Below are positions 1-12,650 of a DNA stretch of 64,000 nt, piece by piece. Made by a program: the position numbers and the translations under genes. The notes below the pieces were generated by a model. The model had not been told where the DNA came from. It made no database searches and worked only from the letters and a program-made list of their open reading frames with translations. The number at the start of each line of letters is the position of its first letter. Within the stretch, counting starts at the first letter, position 1. This DNA is from Octopus vulgaris (taxonomy: Eukaryota): assembly GCA_951406725.2 (NCBI GenBank), contig OX597831.1, forward strand, positions 61,380,001-61,444,000. The letters run 5' to 3'.

Positions 1-523
1 TATCACAAATCAAGCTCAATACAAATATGAAAACTATATCCATATTCTTATTATCCCCCAAGGGAAGGTTTTTCTTCCATTCCTACTGAATAACTAGACA
101 TCATTTACTTGCTTCTGCAAATATTATCTACATTATTTCCTTCCTTTCCTTTCCTTCCCCATTTTTCTTCAGCAATCTTTGTCTTCCTTTCATTCTTTTT
201 AATCTTTACCATCAAATATACGTTGTTTTGTAAATGTGTATCTATTGTAAACTCACTAGAATTTCAATACAAAATCTGTTATTCATCTGTCAAATTTCGC
301 TATATCAACATCCAGGAAAATTGATATGCAAAGATTTCTAATTTAGATTTTTATTTTGATAAACAGAATGGTGAAAATGTGAAAATTTTACTTTCTCTTA
401 TTTTAATCAGTTATTTTATACATTTTCCAAAGAAAGTGATAGAACTTATATTTCAGTCTTAAATAACATCATCTTGGATTATTTTGTATATGTCATATTT
501 GCATTTATTATTATATATAAAAA

Positions 524-686
524 TTTGATTGTGTGTACACATGTATGTATGTATGTTTGATTGTGTGTACACATGTATGTATGTATGTTTGATTGTGTGT
601 ACACATGTATGTATGTATGTTTGTATGTATGTATGTATGTATGTATGTATGTATGTATGTATGTATGTATGTATGTATGTATGTAT
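524..686. repeat. 3x ~32-bp tandem unit followed by (TATG)n microsatellite
   Basis: TTTGATTGTGTGTACACATGTATGTATGTATG repeated three times, then a TATG array. Confidence 0.9.
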
Positions 687-1388
687 GAGCAAAGGCTCAG
701 ATGGAGTGGTCATCTGGTCAGAATGAAGGATTCAAGGATGCCAAAACAACTCTTTTATGGAGAGTTAGCTAAAGGAGAACGACCTCCACATAAACCAAAA
801 CAGAGGTATAAGGACTTGCTGAATCTTCCTTAAGAGATGCTTGCATCTCTCCTGACACATGGGAAGGCATAGCTATTGATCGTAGCAGGTGGAGAAGGAT
901 TGTGAATGAGGGGACAGCCACATTTGAGAAATCTCGAGTTGCACATGAGAAAGTAAGGAGGGATATCAGGAAGGGCATCACTGTTACACTTCCAGAAGGG
1001 AAGGGTCTTCCTTTGATTCTGACATGCAATGTCTGTGAAAGACCCTGCCTCAGTAAAGCTGGACTCATGAGTCATATTCGTAGTCATAAAACAAGACAGA
1101 TGAGTGACAACCTGGCCACTGGTGGTGGTGTAACACACCATACTAATCATATCTGTTGAGCATGTGGAAGAGAGTGTAATTCGGCAGGAGGACTTAAACG
1201 ACATGCAAAGGTACATGAAGCCCAGTTACAACTACAGCCGGCTATTACCAGTAAAGGTTTTAGTTGCCAATTTTGTACAAGACACTGTAGATCTTTAGCT
1301 GGGCTAAAAAGTCACATTTGATCACAGCACCAATAACAGTTAAGCTTCGTGCAATGGCCATACTTGATAACGAGGGGACAGCCATAAA
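687..1388 (+). mobile_element. 5'-truncated RTE-clade (BovB-like) LINE 3' end with three C-terminal C2H2 zinc fingers, pseudogenised
   Basis: Translates to QRLRWSGHLVRMKDSRMPKQLFYGEL..KPKQRYKD (typical post-RT region of RTE ORF2), then CNVC..SHIRSH, C*AC..RHAKVH, CQFC..SHI*SQH; one frameshift near 825 and in-frame stops; short 3'UTR runs into (TATG)n. Confidence 0.85.
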
Positions 1389-1465
1389 ATGTATGTATGT
1401 ATGTATGTATGTATGTATGTATGTATGTATGTATGTATGTATGTATGTATGCATGCATGTATGTA
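1389..1465. repeat. (TATG)n microsatellite, probable LINE tail
   Basis: Array directly after the LINE 3'UTR. Confidence 0.9.
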
Positions 1466-1617
1466 TATATGTGCTTGTCAATGTGTGTATATATATATAA
1501 AAACACATATATATATACATACACACACATGGTGCAGCCATTTGATTCGCCAGTCCTCAGTCAAATCGTCCATCCCATGCTAGCATGGAAAAAGCAGATG
1601 TTAAAAGATGATGATGA

Positions 1618-1662
<45 letters not shown>

Positions 1663-1672
1663 CTTACATATA

Positions 1673-2591
1673 CAAGGTGCAATGGCTAAATTGTCACCAG
1701 TTGATATTTCTAATATTGTGCATGCGTATTGTTTGTTTTGGATTTTGTCCACTACACAGTATAGTAGGGTCAGTTGAGCACCATCTGTGAGAAAAACAAC
1801 ACCCAGAAATTTAGTAACAACATGCTGTGTTGCTTGGCATTCACGCCAGAAACTACAATACGAACATTTCAGTGTTTGGGTGTCAATCTGGGGACAGTAC
1901 AATCTGAGGACATGTATCGAGAGTGATAAATATCAAATATCCAGTTCACATCATGGTGTTTTGAGTGATCGCTAGTGATGGTGATGTCATGCCTCCATTC
2001 ATCTTTCTACATGGCCTCACACTCAACATGGTGTCCTACATCAAGTGCCTGGAGGAGGTAGTGCTACCCCGAGTCAAGAGGATGGCTGCTGGAATCTGCA
2101 CCATGCCACACAAGCAGGAGAGCCCAGTCGTGGCTGTCAGACAATTTCTGTGATCTCATCACCCCTAACATCTGGCCACTTAACTCCCCAGACTGCAACC
2201 CCCTTATTATGTATGGAGCACTACCTCCTCTAGGCACTTGATGTACGACTCTGTGTTGAGCTTGAGGCCATGTGGGAAGATGAATGAAGGCATAACATCA
2301 CCACCAGTTGAGCAAGAGACCAACAAAACTCCTTGTAACACCAAAGATGAACTGAAGGCAAAGAACATGGGAGCATTCACCAACTTAAACAAGGAGACCA
2401 CCCAGAAGAGTTTCAGAAGATTCTGAAGTTGTCTGGGGGCCATGGTTGAAGCCAATGGTGATTGTATTGAATAAATTTACTCTTTAGTATTTCAAGATAT
2501 TTTTATGTAATTTTCATATGTATATTTGTGAAGATGAGATGGTGTTATTTTCATTTCTGCACAATTTAGGCAACAGTTTATTCACTGTAAC

Positions 2592-2594
<3 letters not shown>
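1673..2594 (+). mobile_element. Degenerate Tc1/mariner transposon (maT/DD37D-like), internally deleted
   Basis: Residual transposase IASDGDVMPPFIF..YIKCLEEVVLP..SAPCHT..WPLNSPDCNP..ETNKTPCNTKDELKA; degenerate TIRs at both ends flanked by TA. Confidence 0.8.
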
Positions 2595-2659
<65 letters not shown>

Positions 2660-3234
2660 ATATATATAAGAATAATGGAAAATGAAAACAAACACTCAAA
2701 ATGTTATTCAAATCGTTTATACCACCGTATCACCGACATATATTTCGATAGATGCATTGAAATAAATCCGAGAGGAAGAATAATGTGGAAAAATGCAAGG
2801 TCTCATCAGGGAGGAGATTATAAACAAAAGTGCTCTTCAATAAGTCATTTTAATAGATGTAAAAAACATGTAGTTTGTAGTTTGATAAAATAAGTACCAG
2901 TCAAGTATTGGGGCTGATGTAATCAGCTCCCCCCTGACTGCTAGTCCTGTGCCAAAATTTGGCCAAAATTCAGTTACCCTTCTCAAAAGCCAGTACCCTA
3001 TGTTGCAGTTTATAATGTATTGGTTTACCAATGTTTTTCCACACCTGAAAGCTCTTTCTGTAACCAACCACTTTCCAGTTAACTGGTTGCATTTTTACTA
3101 TGTTACTGGCAATGAAATGGGCACCTGATATGGATTTATTCTAGATTAGTAATTGTTAAACTGTGATAGTGCCCACTTCAAGGAATTCTGAACTCAAAAG
3201 GGGGCTTTAGTGGGTGCTTAGTGCTAAAGGGTAT

Positions 3235-3640
3235 ACTCTACTCTTTTACTTGTTTCAGTCATTTGACTGTGGCCAGGCTGGAGCACCACCTTTAGTTGAG
3301 CAAATCGACCCCAGGACTTATTCTTTGTAAGCCTAGTACTTATTCTGTCAGTCTCTTGCCGAACAGCTAAGTTACGGGGATGTAAACACACCAGCATCGG
3401 TTGTCAAGCGATGTTGGGGGAGGGGGACAAACACAGACACACAAATACATACACACATGCATATATATATAGATATATACAACAGGCTTCTTTCAGTCTA
3501 CCGAATCCACTCACATGGCTTTGGTTGGCCCTAGGCTATTGTAGAAGACACTTGCCCAAGGTGCCACGCAGTGAGACTGAACCCAGAACCATGTGGTTCA
3601 TAAGCAAGCTACTTACCACACAGTCACTCTTATGGCTATA
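3235..3640 (-). mobile_element. SINE family A (tRNA-derived head, internal microsatellite, GTAAAAGA-type tail)
   Basis: Reverse complement of the copies at 16478, 24930 and 53013; A box TGGCTGTGTGG and B box GGTTCAGTCCC. Confidence 0.85.
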
Positions 3641-4081
3641 TAGTCATTTTTCTTAAAATTTAGATCAGGAACAAAATTCATATTTTGGGCACTTTTGCAT
3701 AAAATATTTGTTAGGATCAGAATATAAGTAGGACATTCTTCCATCAATAAACAGAAGAATGTCTTTGGAAGTGATATGATCCAATGTTTGCAACTTTTCT
3801 CTTTTAGATCTAAATTAGCAAATATAAATTTATAAATGAATATTATTAATTAAAGTTAAAGCAAAAGATATAAATGCCTTCTTTCATTGATTCATCATAT
3901 ATTTTTAACTTTCATCAGAATTTTTGTATCATCATGTATTTTGTAGCTTTTATCAGAATGTATTATGTATTATAAACTTATATCATTAATAAATTATTGA
4001 TTTTCTGTAATTGTAATTAAATATTAGTTCATTTTGATTTTGCTCAGTTTCTTTGTTTTTTTGGGGTTTTTTTCACTATAG

Positions 4082-4156
4082 GAAAGAATAATCCATTCAG
4101 AAAATGTTGCTTATATTCAACTGAAGAAGACACTTCAAAGATACCATTCTGTGAAT
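4082..4156 (+). other. Candidate 75-nt exon of an unidentified transcript
   Basis: Long T-rich tract ending CTATAG before it, GTAAGC after it; open in two frames (ERIIHSENVAYIQLKKTLQRYHSVN or KNNPFRKCCLYSTEEDTSKIPFCE); no recognisable homology. Confidence 0.3.
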
Positions 4157-4524
4157 GTAAGCACTGAATTACAAAATATAGAAAACCAGTTTTATGCTTT
4201 GATCTTCTTTGCTTTTCTTCATCCATCTTTCAATTCTCATTCCTCTATATTATTTTTTTCCATTCCTTTCTTCATTCAGTTTCTCCACATCTATCTTGAT
4301 CCAGCACAAAACACTTGTTCCTACATGATTTTGAATTAAAAAATCTGACTCCCCCCCCCCCCCGTCTTATATTCAAAAATTAACTCCAAGGACAGTTATT
4401 TTTTTGTCTTTTATCATTTATTTGTTTCAGTCATTGAACTGCAGCCATTTAAGGGTTTAGATGAAAGCATAGATCCTCTTACCATTTTTTAAAAATTCTG
4501 GTACTTTTTCTATTAGTCTCTTTT

Positions 4525-4557
<33 letters not shown>

Positions 4558-5025
4558 GTTTAACGTCCGCTTTCCATGCTAGCATAGGTTGGACGGTTCA
4601 ACTGGGGTCTGGGGAGCCCGAAGGCTGCACCAGGCAAGTCAGATATGGCAGTATTTCTACAGCTGGATGCCCTTCCTAACGCCAAACACTCTGAGAGTGT
4701 AGTGGGTGATTTTATGTGCCACCGACACAGGTGCCAGACGAGGCTGGCGAACGGCCACAATCGGATGGTGTTTGTTACGTGCCCACAGCACGGAGGCCAG
4801 TCGATGCGGTACTGGCTACGGCCATGTTCGGATGGTTTTCTTATGTGCCACCGGCACTGGTACCACAAAGATACAAATTCCATTGATGTTCATCTATTTT
4901 GATTTGGTTTTTGGTTTTTGGTTTTCACTTGCCTCAACAGGTCTTCACAAGTGTCACAAGAAGGAAGGTATGCACAGATGGACTGACTACGTCCCAGGTA
5001 GGGGCCACGGGTTATGGCCTCACTA
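4525..5025 (-). mobile_element. SINE-like family D (RTE-type 3' end, (GAT)n tail, internal tandem subrepeats)
   Basis: CATCATCGTTTAACGTCCGCTTTCCATGCTAGC..CTGGATGCCCTTCCTAAC shared with copies at 5040, 21445, 50150 and 59385. Confidence 0.8.
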
Positions 5026-5039
5026 AAACTGCTAAATTC

Positions 5040-5440
5040 ATCACCATCATCATCATCGTTTAACATCCGCTTTCCATGCTGCCATGGGTTGGACGGTTTG
5101 ACTGAGGACTGGTGAACCAGATGGCTGCACCAGGCTCCAATCTGATATGGCAAAGTTTGTACTACTGGATGCCCTTCCTAACACCAACCACTCCAAGAGT
5201 GTAGTGGGTGCTTTTACATGGCGCTGTGGTACTGGCAAGGACCACGCTTAAATAGTATTTTTACATGCCATCTGCACAAGAGCCAGTCCAGTGGCACTGG
5301 CAACAACCACGCTCAAATGTTGTTTTTCATGTGCCACCAACACAGGTGCCAGTAAGGCGACACTGGCAATGATCATGCTCAAATCATACTTTTTACATGC
5401 CACTGGCACAGGAGCCAGTCAGCTGCCCTGGCAACTGTCA
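5040..5440 (-). mobile_element. SINE-like family D copy
   Basis: Same 3' module and (CAT)n end as the 4525 copy. Confidence 0.8.
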
Positions 5441-6130
5441 CGCTCTCACTAACCATTCATCTATCCCTAGTTTCCTCATTTCCAACCAGATAAAGGATCG
5501 AGGAACCCTGTCAAAGTCTGTCTTCATGTCAATGAAAGCCAGGTACAGAGGTTTATCTTTGGCTAGGTATTTCTCCTGCAGCTGTCTTACCAGAAATATA
5601 GCATCAGTGGTGCTTTTACCTGGCATGAACCCAAACTGCATTTCATCTAGGCTGACTCTCTCCCTAATTAGTTGGGCTGACCCTCTCCGTGACTTTCATT
5701 ACCTAATCTAACAACTTGATACCCTGTGTAATTATTTGTATTTAATGTGCTACCTTTATCTTTGTAGCAGTTGATTATGGTGCTGCTACACCAGTCATTG
5801 GGTATGACTCCTTCATTTATCACCTGGTTGACTATACAGGTGACTAGGCTATAGCCAACACTGCCACATATTTTGAGCATCTCTGCAGTGATTACTGATG
5901 GACTGGAGGCTTTCCCTGTCTTCATACCCTTAATTGCTTTAGCTACCAAGGTACTATCAATTCTGATAGCTGGTCCCTCTGTTGGGTCGGCATTCAGCAG
6001 ACTCTCTTTCTCCCATTCATTCTCTTTATTTAGCAACATTTCATAATGGCATATTCAAACCTCTCTCTTTGCAGCCTCATTTAATGCAAGTGAACCATAA
6101 TCCATGCAGACACATTTCTCTCCTATGACA
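5441..6130 (-). mobile_element. RTE-clade LINE reverse transcriptase fragment
   Basis: AIKGMKTGKASSPSVITAEMLK..IPNDWCSSTIINCYKDKG and MQFGFMPGKSTTDAIFLVRQLQEKY..LYLAFIDMKTDFDRVPR, which are non-LTR RT subdomains; frameshifted. Confidence 0.9.
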
Positions 6131-6704
6131 TCATGATTCTTTCTCACGTAGTCTCACACAGTCTTGCAACACGAAATACCTCTCCTTTTCTATTTCATTC
6201 TTTCTCTTTATTTCTCTCTCATTTTCTATATGTTACTTTCCTCATCTCCTTAATCTTTCAATTTTCCTTATCTCTCATTCTTTCTTTTTTTTTTTTTGTA
6301 ATACTATATGTTCTGCCATTCCACTAGCATTTACAAAATCATTTGTCTTTCTTTTACTTTCTAAAGAGATTTCAATTAAAAATCACCTTGTTTTCCATTT
6401 TCAACTTACATTTGATATGTTGCCAATTCATTGTAAAAGGGAATGCTACATTGTGTTGTAATCATAATTTGAACTTGTACATATAAAAGTTTACTTCCCT
6501 TTCAAATTAATTACAATCAGCAATCATGTTATTTTTCAACAGCTGGCACATCATCCCAGCATGATCTGCAGCACTACACAAGTCAAGTTTTGTGTTCTAA
6601 ATCCAAATTACAGTTATAACCAACGCCTTACACTTCCAGTCAATAGTTAGTTACTTTACCCATGCTCTGATTCTGCCCTCTTCTTATGCCTTATAGTCAT
6701 TTCA

Positions 6705-7016
6705 ACATGGCCTAGTCGTTAGTGCAGTAGACTCGCGGTCGAGGGATCGAGGGTTCGAATTTCAGACGACCGGGTGATGTGTATGTTTATGAGTGAAACA
6801 CCTAAGCTCCACGCAGCTCTGGCAGAAGGTAATGGCGAAACTTCTGCTGACTCTTTCACCACAACTTTCTCCCACTCTTTACTTCTGCATCTTGCAGCTC
6901 ACCTCTGACGGACCAGCGTCCTGTCCAGGTGGGGAACCTATATGCCAAGGAAACCGGGAAACTGGCCCTTATGAGCCAGGCGTGGCTCAAGAAGTAACAA
7001 AGAAACAAACAACAAC
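6705..7016 (+). mobile_element. tRNA-derived SINE (family C variant, (AAC)n tail)
   Basis: TGGCCTAGTCGTT A box and GGTTCGAAT B box; matches the reverse copy at 47797-48095. Confidence 0.8.
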
Positions 7017-7949
7017 ATTTCAACTTGTTTGATACTTTTGTTTTTAATCAAATGAATCATCTTTATTTTATTACATTTAAATATAGACAAATAGGGAAGA
7101 AGGGGGATAAGAACGGAAAAGAAAGAAAAGGAAATAAAAAGTGGTGGGTTAAAGCGGTGGACAATAGAGGTGGCACGATGGCCACAAATCCCTGAACAAA
7201 TGGTGTGTGCAGCCATGCCCCATGGTGGTAACCATAATGGTGTGGTCACCACCATAGGGCCCATTCCTCCAATGGGTCACCATTATCCTTTTTTTTTTGC
7301 AGAGGAAATCATTAGTATGGGCTCCTAGAACACCTGACATCTCAACGGCAACTGGCACAAACCCATATTTTATAACTTCCCTAAATATACTCTATTTCTG
7401 CCTTCAGAGAACAATTCTCACATCAGTATTATTTTCTTTCTAGCTCCACATTGACTATTGGAGATATTTATCTTATTTTAATATCAGCATTTTAATATTG
7501 CTGTATTATTTACTAACTAGCATACCTGTGTCATGAAAAATGCCGACAGTTTTATTAATAATAGAAAATAACATATCGCATCAATGAAAGGAACCATTTT
7601 TAAATGTCAGCAATCAAATAGATGTATGTACATATACAGAAGTGAGGCACTTAAGGAATCAGATATGGTTGTTGAGTCTCAGTTGAAAATATCATTCCCA
7701 TATTCGTTTATCTTTTATCTTTTACTTGTTTCTGTCACTAGATTGCGGAGATGCTGGGGCACTGCCTAGGAAAATTCTTTAGTCAAATGAATCAATGCAG
7801 TACTTCTTCCTGGTTTTTAGGCCTCGTACTTAAATTTCAGTCTCTTTTGCCAGACACACACAAGCACTAGTTGTAAAGCGATGGTGGAGAGACAAACACA
7901 GGCACACAATCTTATACCAATACACACACACACACACACACGCACGCGT

Positions 7950-7995
<46 letters not shown>

Positions 7996-8156
7996 CTATA
8001 TATATATTCGACAGGCTTCTTTCAGTTCTATAGAACAGGCCAGGATGGCGTGTTGTCCCATGAAGGTTTTGGGGTCCAACCAGTACACCAAAATGCTACA
8101 TTGTTAAGAGACATAAATTGTAAAATTAAAAGCTTAAAATTTTATATATATATATT

Positions 8157-8365
8157 ATGGGGATGTACTTGCATAGCAAGTGACCTGATCTGAGATTGCA
8201 TGCTGAAACAAAAACAATTACAGCATGGAACATGTTTATAAGCCATTTAAAAACACACAAAAGCCGTTAGATTCACTTCAACATTTAAATTTAATATGTC
8301 AAAATATTTTTGCCGCTTTGAAACCGTGACCTATTCAATGACAAAATTCCATACTGCATCTGTGT
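8157..8365 (-). mobile_element. Penelope-like element remnant with decayed hammerhead motif
   Basis: Minus strand 8343-8297 reads TGTCA-TTGAATA-G-GTCAC..GCGGC-AAAA-ATATTT-TGACA: stem I closes, core mutated. Confidence 0.4.
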
Positions 8366-8368
8366 GTG

Positions 8369-8426
<58 letters not shown>

Positions 8427-8562
8427 TGTATATATATAGAACTACAAAAGAAACATTGCACTGTAAAAGATTATTTGTGGGGGGAGGGGAATAACTGAGA
8501 TGAGGGATGGAATGATGATCAGAATTTGATAATTTCAGAACTTAAGGTTCATTTATTCATTA

Positions 8563-8946
8563 CTAGCAGTATCGCCTGGCGTTGCTCAGGTTTGTAAGGG
8601 AAATAACTATAAAGCATTTTTAGAGAGTTATAGCTAAAAAATGCATTAAAAATGGGAAAAAAATTATGGTAAATTTTTTTTTAAATCGTTGACTCATCGT
8701 ACACATTTTTAGAGAGTTACTTCCCTTATATTAAAAAAAATATGCATTAAAATGGAAAAATATTATGGTAAATTATTTTTAAAATCGTAGACTCATTGTA
8801 GACACGTGCTAATACCCAGAAGGGCTTGATATGAATCACGACTATAAGATACCCGGTTTTGGTTAAACTGCACCGCAAAATGTGGGAGTAGTTAGGAATC
8901 TAAATCGGAGTAGACAGACACACAACCTTTCTTTTATATATAAAGA
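8563..8946 (-). mobile_element. Non-autonomous Helitron
   Basis: Minus strand starts A|TCTTTATATATAAAAG and ends CCTGAGCAACGCCAGG (hairpin) CGATACTGCTAG|T: 5'-TC, 3'-CTAG, subterminal hairpin, insertion between A and T, no TSD. Confidence 0.85.
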
Positions 8947-9159
8947 TTACATTAAATATTGCTGTTTTGGCTGTGCAGACTTAATCATCAGTGGAATATA
9001 CCGTATATTATATATTATGACATTTATTTCAATTAGATATTATACATTTTATTACATTAATTAAAAAAATTATTATTTTATAAATAATTAAATTAAATTA
9101 AGAAAATATGAAGTATGCCATGATAATAATTTAATAAACTTGTATAATTTTAATTTATA

Positions 9160-10177
9160 AATACCTTGTAAGATACTTCAACTGTTCATGGCTGGACAAG
9201 ATCATTTTGTCCAGGGGGTGATGGGACATTGACGTTTTGCTGGGGTTCAGCATCTTGATCAGTCCAACAAAGGTGGGGGAGCTCCACTACATGCAGCGGT
9301 AGCATGTTGGTGACAAACAGGTCTAGAATCCTTCTGTTCACGATAGACTGACGGATGCCAGTGTAAGCAGTTTGGGCAGGTGCTTTCTTTGTACATGGCT
9401 CTGATGACTGGCTACTGGCCCTGCTACCAGAAGATTGCCTGTGTTTCCCAGAGGAAGATCCAGCCTTGATCCCCACCTCAAACTGCATGACGAGCACTTG
9501 GCGTTTCCTCTTGACATGTGACTTCAAGTTGTAGAGGCTCACTGCTTGTCACCTGATGGGGGTCTCCTTGGGCTGGCACATGACACCCCAGAAGTACAGG
9601 ATTTTGGCGTTCCTTTTATCCCATGGTGTGAGGACAAAGTAGTCTTCCAGGTGGGGAACGGATTCTGAGACTCCTGGCTCTCAACCTGAGTGGCCTCTGC
9701 CTCACCTACAGCTGTTACAGACTCCTCCACAGGCCCTTCATCCTCAGACCAAACAAAAACGTCTTCACCTTCCATAAAAATAAGCAATAACTTGATAAGC
9801 CAATAACATTCACTGCTGTCACTGACACTGTAAGACTACCTGTAATGTGACAACGTCGTAAGTGAACACAACTCTAAACTGCAGAATTAAACAATGCCGC
9901 TCAGCTAGCTGCTGCTCCATCGATCAATCATGTCTTGTCACATGTAAACGTAGTCAGCCAATAGCATGCCTGACGGACTCTTCGAGACATGCACCCAACA
10001 GACAGGAACAAATGTGTGAATTTTGTTAACAGACTTAAAGTTAGTGAAACTAAATTTAGCAAAAGTTAGTTGGTCTGTAAATGGTTTCCAAAGTTAGTGA
10101 AAACGTTAATTTGCTAAACAAAAAGTTAGCCTAACTAATTATCTGTTAATGGATTAGCAGAACCGTGCCCACCACTG
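9160..10177 (-). mobile_element. hAT (Ac/Tol2-like) transposon 5' part with BED-finger transposase pseudogene
   Basis: Terminus CAGTGGTGGGCA at 10177; ATG at 9775; across frameshifts NPFPHLEDYF..MCQPK..SLYNLKSHVKRK (BED finger) and QSIVNRRILDLFVTNMLPLHVVE (hAT dimerisation region). Confidence 0.8.
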
Positions 10178-10264
10178 AATATATATGAATACATATATAT
10201 ATATATACATACAACAGGCTTCTTTAATATATATGTGCATATATATATATATATATATACATAA

Positions 10265-10315
<51 letters not shown>

Positions 10316-10329
10316 TACACATGCATTTG

Positions 10330-10458
10330 CTTCCCAACTACAATGTCCCAGGTTCAGTCCCACTGCATGGCACCTAGGGCAAGTATCTTTTACTATAGCC
10401 TTGGGCCAACCAAAGCTTTGTGAGTGGGTTTGGTAGACAGAAACTGAAAGAAGCCTGT

Positions 10459-10500
<42 letters not shown>

Positions 10501-10750
10501 TATGTGCGTGTGTGCATGTGTCTTTGTGTTTGTCTCCTCCTTTATCAGTACTTGACAACTGGTGTTGGTGTGTTTACATCCCCATACCTTAGCAATTTGG
10601 CAAAAGATACTAACAGAAAAAGAACTAGACTAAAAAAAAAAAAATAATAAGTCTTAGGGGCGATTTGTTCCACTAAAATCATTGAAGGCGGTGCTCTAGC
10701 ATGGCCACATGGCCACAGTCTGATGACTGAGATGAGTTAAAGTTAAAGAT
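10330..10750 (+). mobile_element. SINE family A copy (older)
   Basis: GGTTCAGTCCCACTGC..GTCTTTTACTATAGCC..GAAACTGAAAGAAGCC modules. Confidence 0.75.
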
Positions 10751-11151
10751 TAAGGATACACATATACACACAAACACACACACATACACATGCACACACA
10801 TATAGATATATATGCAGGCATATATCAATTCATTACTTATAAGGTTTTAATGTCATTCCTGAAATCTCATCCATTTATTTACTCGCAGACTATCAGATAA
10901 TTTTTTGGAAATACATTGTCTCTTGAAATCATTATTATTGTTTTCTAAGGTTTTTTTTGTTTTTTCTTTAAAGATGTATTTTTCACCTTTGCAATATATA
11001 GGTATTCTGCATTTTAAATTTTTACCTGTAGATCTCATACGTTTCTCACTCTATTATGCACTCTCTTGTTTACATTTTCAGTATTTTCTGATTATTATCT
11101 CTTTTTCTACGCATATAAATACACACACACATGCTCACACACATGCACAAG

Positions 11152-11203
<52 letters not shown>

Positions 11204-11283
11204 CATGTGGATATACATAAATACTTATGTACATCTATCTATCTATATGTGTATATATATATGGAGAGAGAGAGTGAGATAAG

Positions 11284-11467
<184 letters not shown>

Positions 11468-11852
11468 AATACTTATGCACATATGTATTTCCCTACATTT
11501 ACAATTACTTTGTCTCTTACATAGGTCTTTTGGTTTTTCTCTCTTTTTATTCCTGCCTACATGTATACATAAATTTCTTAATAAAACTGTGTCAATACGA
11601 AATCTTTGGAAGAGAAAATCTCTTAAAATAGTAAGTAGAAACCCTTAAGTAGAAACTCCATTGTTCCATAGTCATTCATGGTATGTCTCCCTGACTCAAT
11701 TTAAACAGTTGTATGTATGATAAGTTCATGAGAGCAAAATGCGTTGCAGTTTTTCACGAAACATTAACAACAAAATACTTATTCTCAGTATCTGTATTAT
11801 ACTCAGATTCTTGTATTTGCTAGTTTTATTACTAACCCTGTGAATTGTTTTT

Positions 11853-12362
11853 TGACCCCCTTCGGTCTTGAATGATCATGGGATTGTACCTAGAAAGTTA
11901 CCCTCCGAGGTACAAGTCTGGGCAAGGTTGTTTATGGAAGACCAGCAGTCGCCCATACATACCAGCCTCCCCTCTTCATGCCACTGATGTTATCCAAGGG
12001 AAAGGTAAAGGGGCCGATACAGCTTGGCGCCAGTGACGTCGCAGCTCATTTATTAACGTGCAAGTGGCTGAGCCCTCCACAGACACGTGTACCCTTAACG
12101 TAGTTCTCGAGGTGATTCAGCATGACACAGAGTGTGACATGGCTGGCCCATTGAAATACAGGTGCAACAGAAACAGGAGGTAAGAGTGAGAGAAAGTTGT
12201 GTTGAAAGAGTACAGCAGGGTTCACTACCAACCCCTTCCGGAGCCTCGTGGTGCTTTAGGTGTTTTTGCTCAATAAACACTCACAATGCTCAGTCTGGGA
12301 ATCGAAACTGCAATACTACGACCGCAAGTCCACTGCTTTAACCACTGGGCCATTGCACCTTC
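11853..12362 (-). mobile_element. tRNA-derived SINE family C
   Basis: Head on minus strand ATGGCCCAGTGGTTAA..GTTTCGATTCCC; body shared with 20410, 28860 and 59030. Confidence 0.8.
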
Positions 12363-12439
12363 ATAACCCTGTGAATATTTATTACATATAGTGGAACCTT
12401 TGTTTACAAATTTAATTTGATTCTGAAGGCTGTTCGTCA

Positions 12440-12650
12440 ATTACCGGTAAGTTCACCACCATCAGTTCACTGTTGAAGAAAGTTCACTGAGAGGAAAGTT
12501 CACCACAAAGAAAGTTTACTGAGAAAATATATCCATAGTATCTTACCATTAATATTTAAAAACTATTTCATTGGGAAAAAAAAAATGGTGAACAGATGAT
12601 GGTGAACTTTCTCTGAAGTGAATTGATGATGGTGAACTTAAAGGTCATGA
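12440..12650. mobile_element. Mutator/foldback-like MITE
   Basis: TIR TAAGTTCACCACCATCAGTTCAC / GTGAATTGATGATGGTGAACTTA, tandem AAAGTTCAC subrepeats, 9-bp TSD TGTTCGTCA (12431) / TGTTCATCA (12651). Confidence 0.65.

Noticed and set aside
902-1335. C2H2 zinc-finger host gene
   Set aside because: The fingers are contiguous with RTE ORF2 sequence, contain stops and end in a LINE-type tail
3650-3810. Minus-strand terminal exon candidate
   Set aside because: Two frames are open with no recognisable motif; consistent with chance
6705-6775. Functional tRNA genes at SINE heads (also 12290-12360, 17280-17350, 48025-48095)
   Set aside because: A and B boxes run straight into SINE bodies and no complete acceptor stems form
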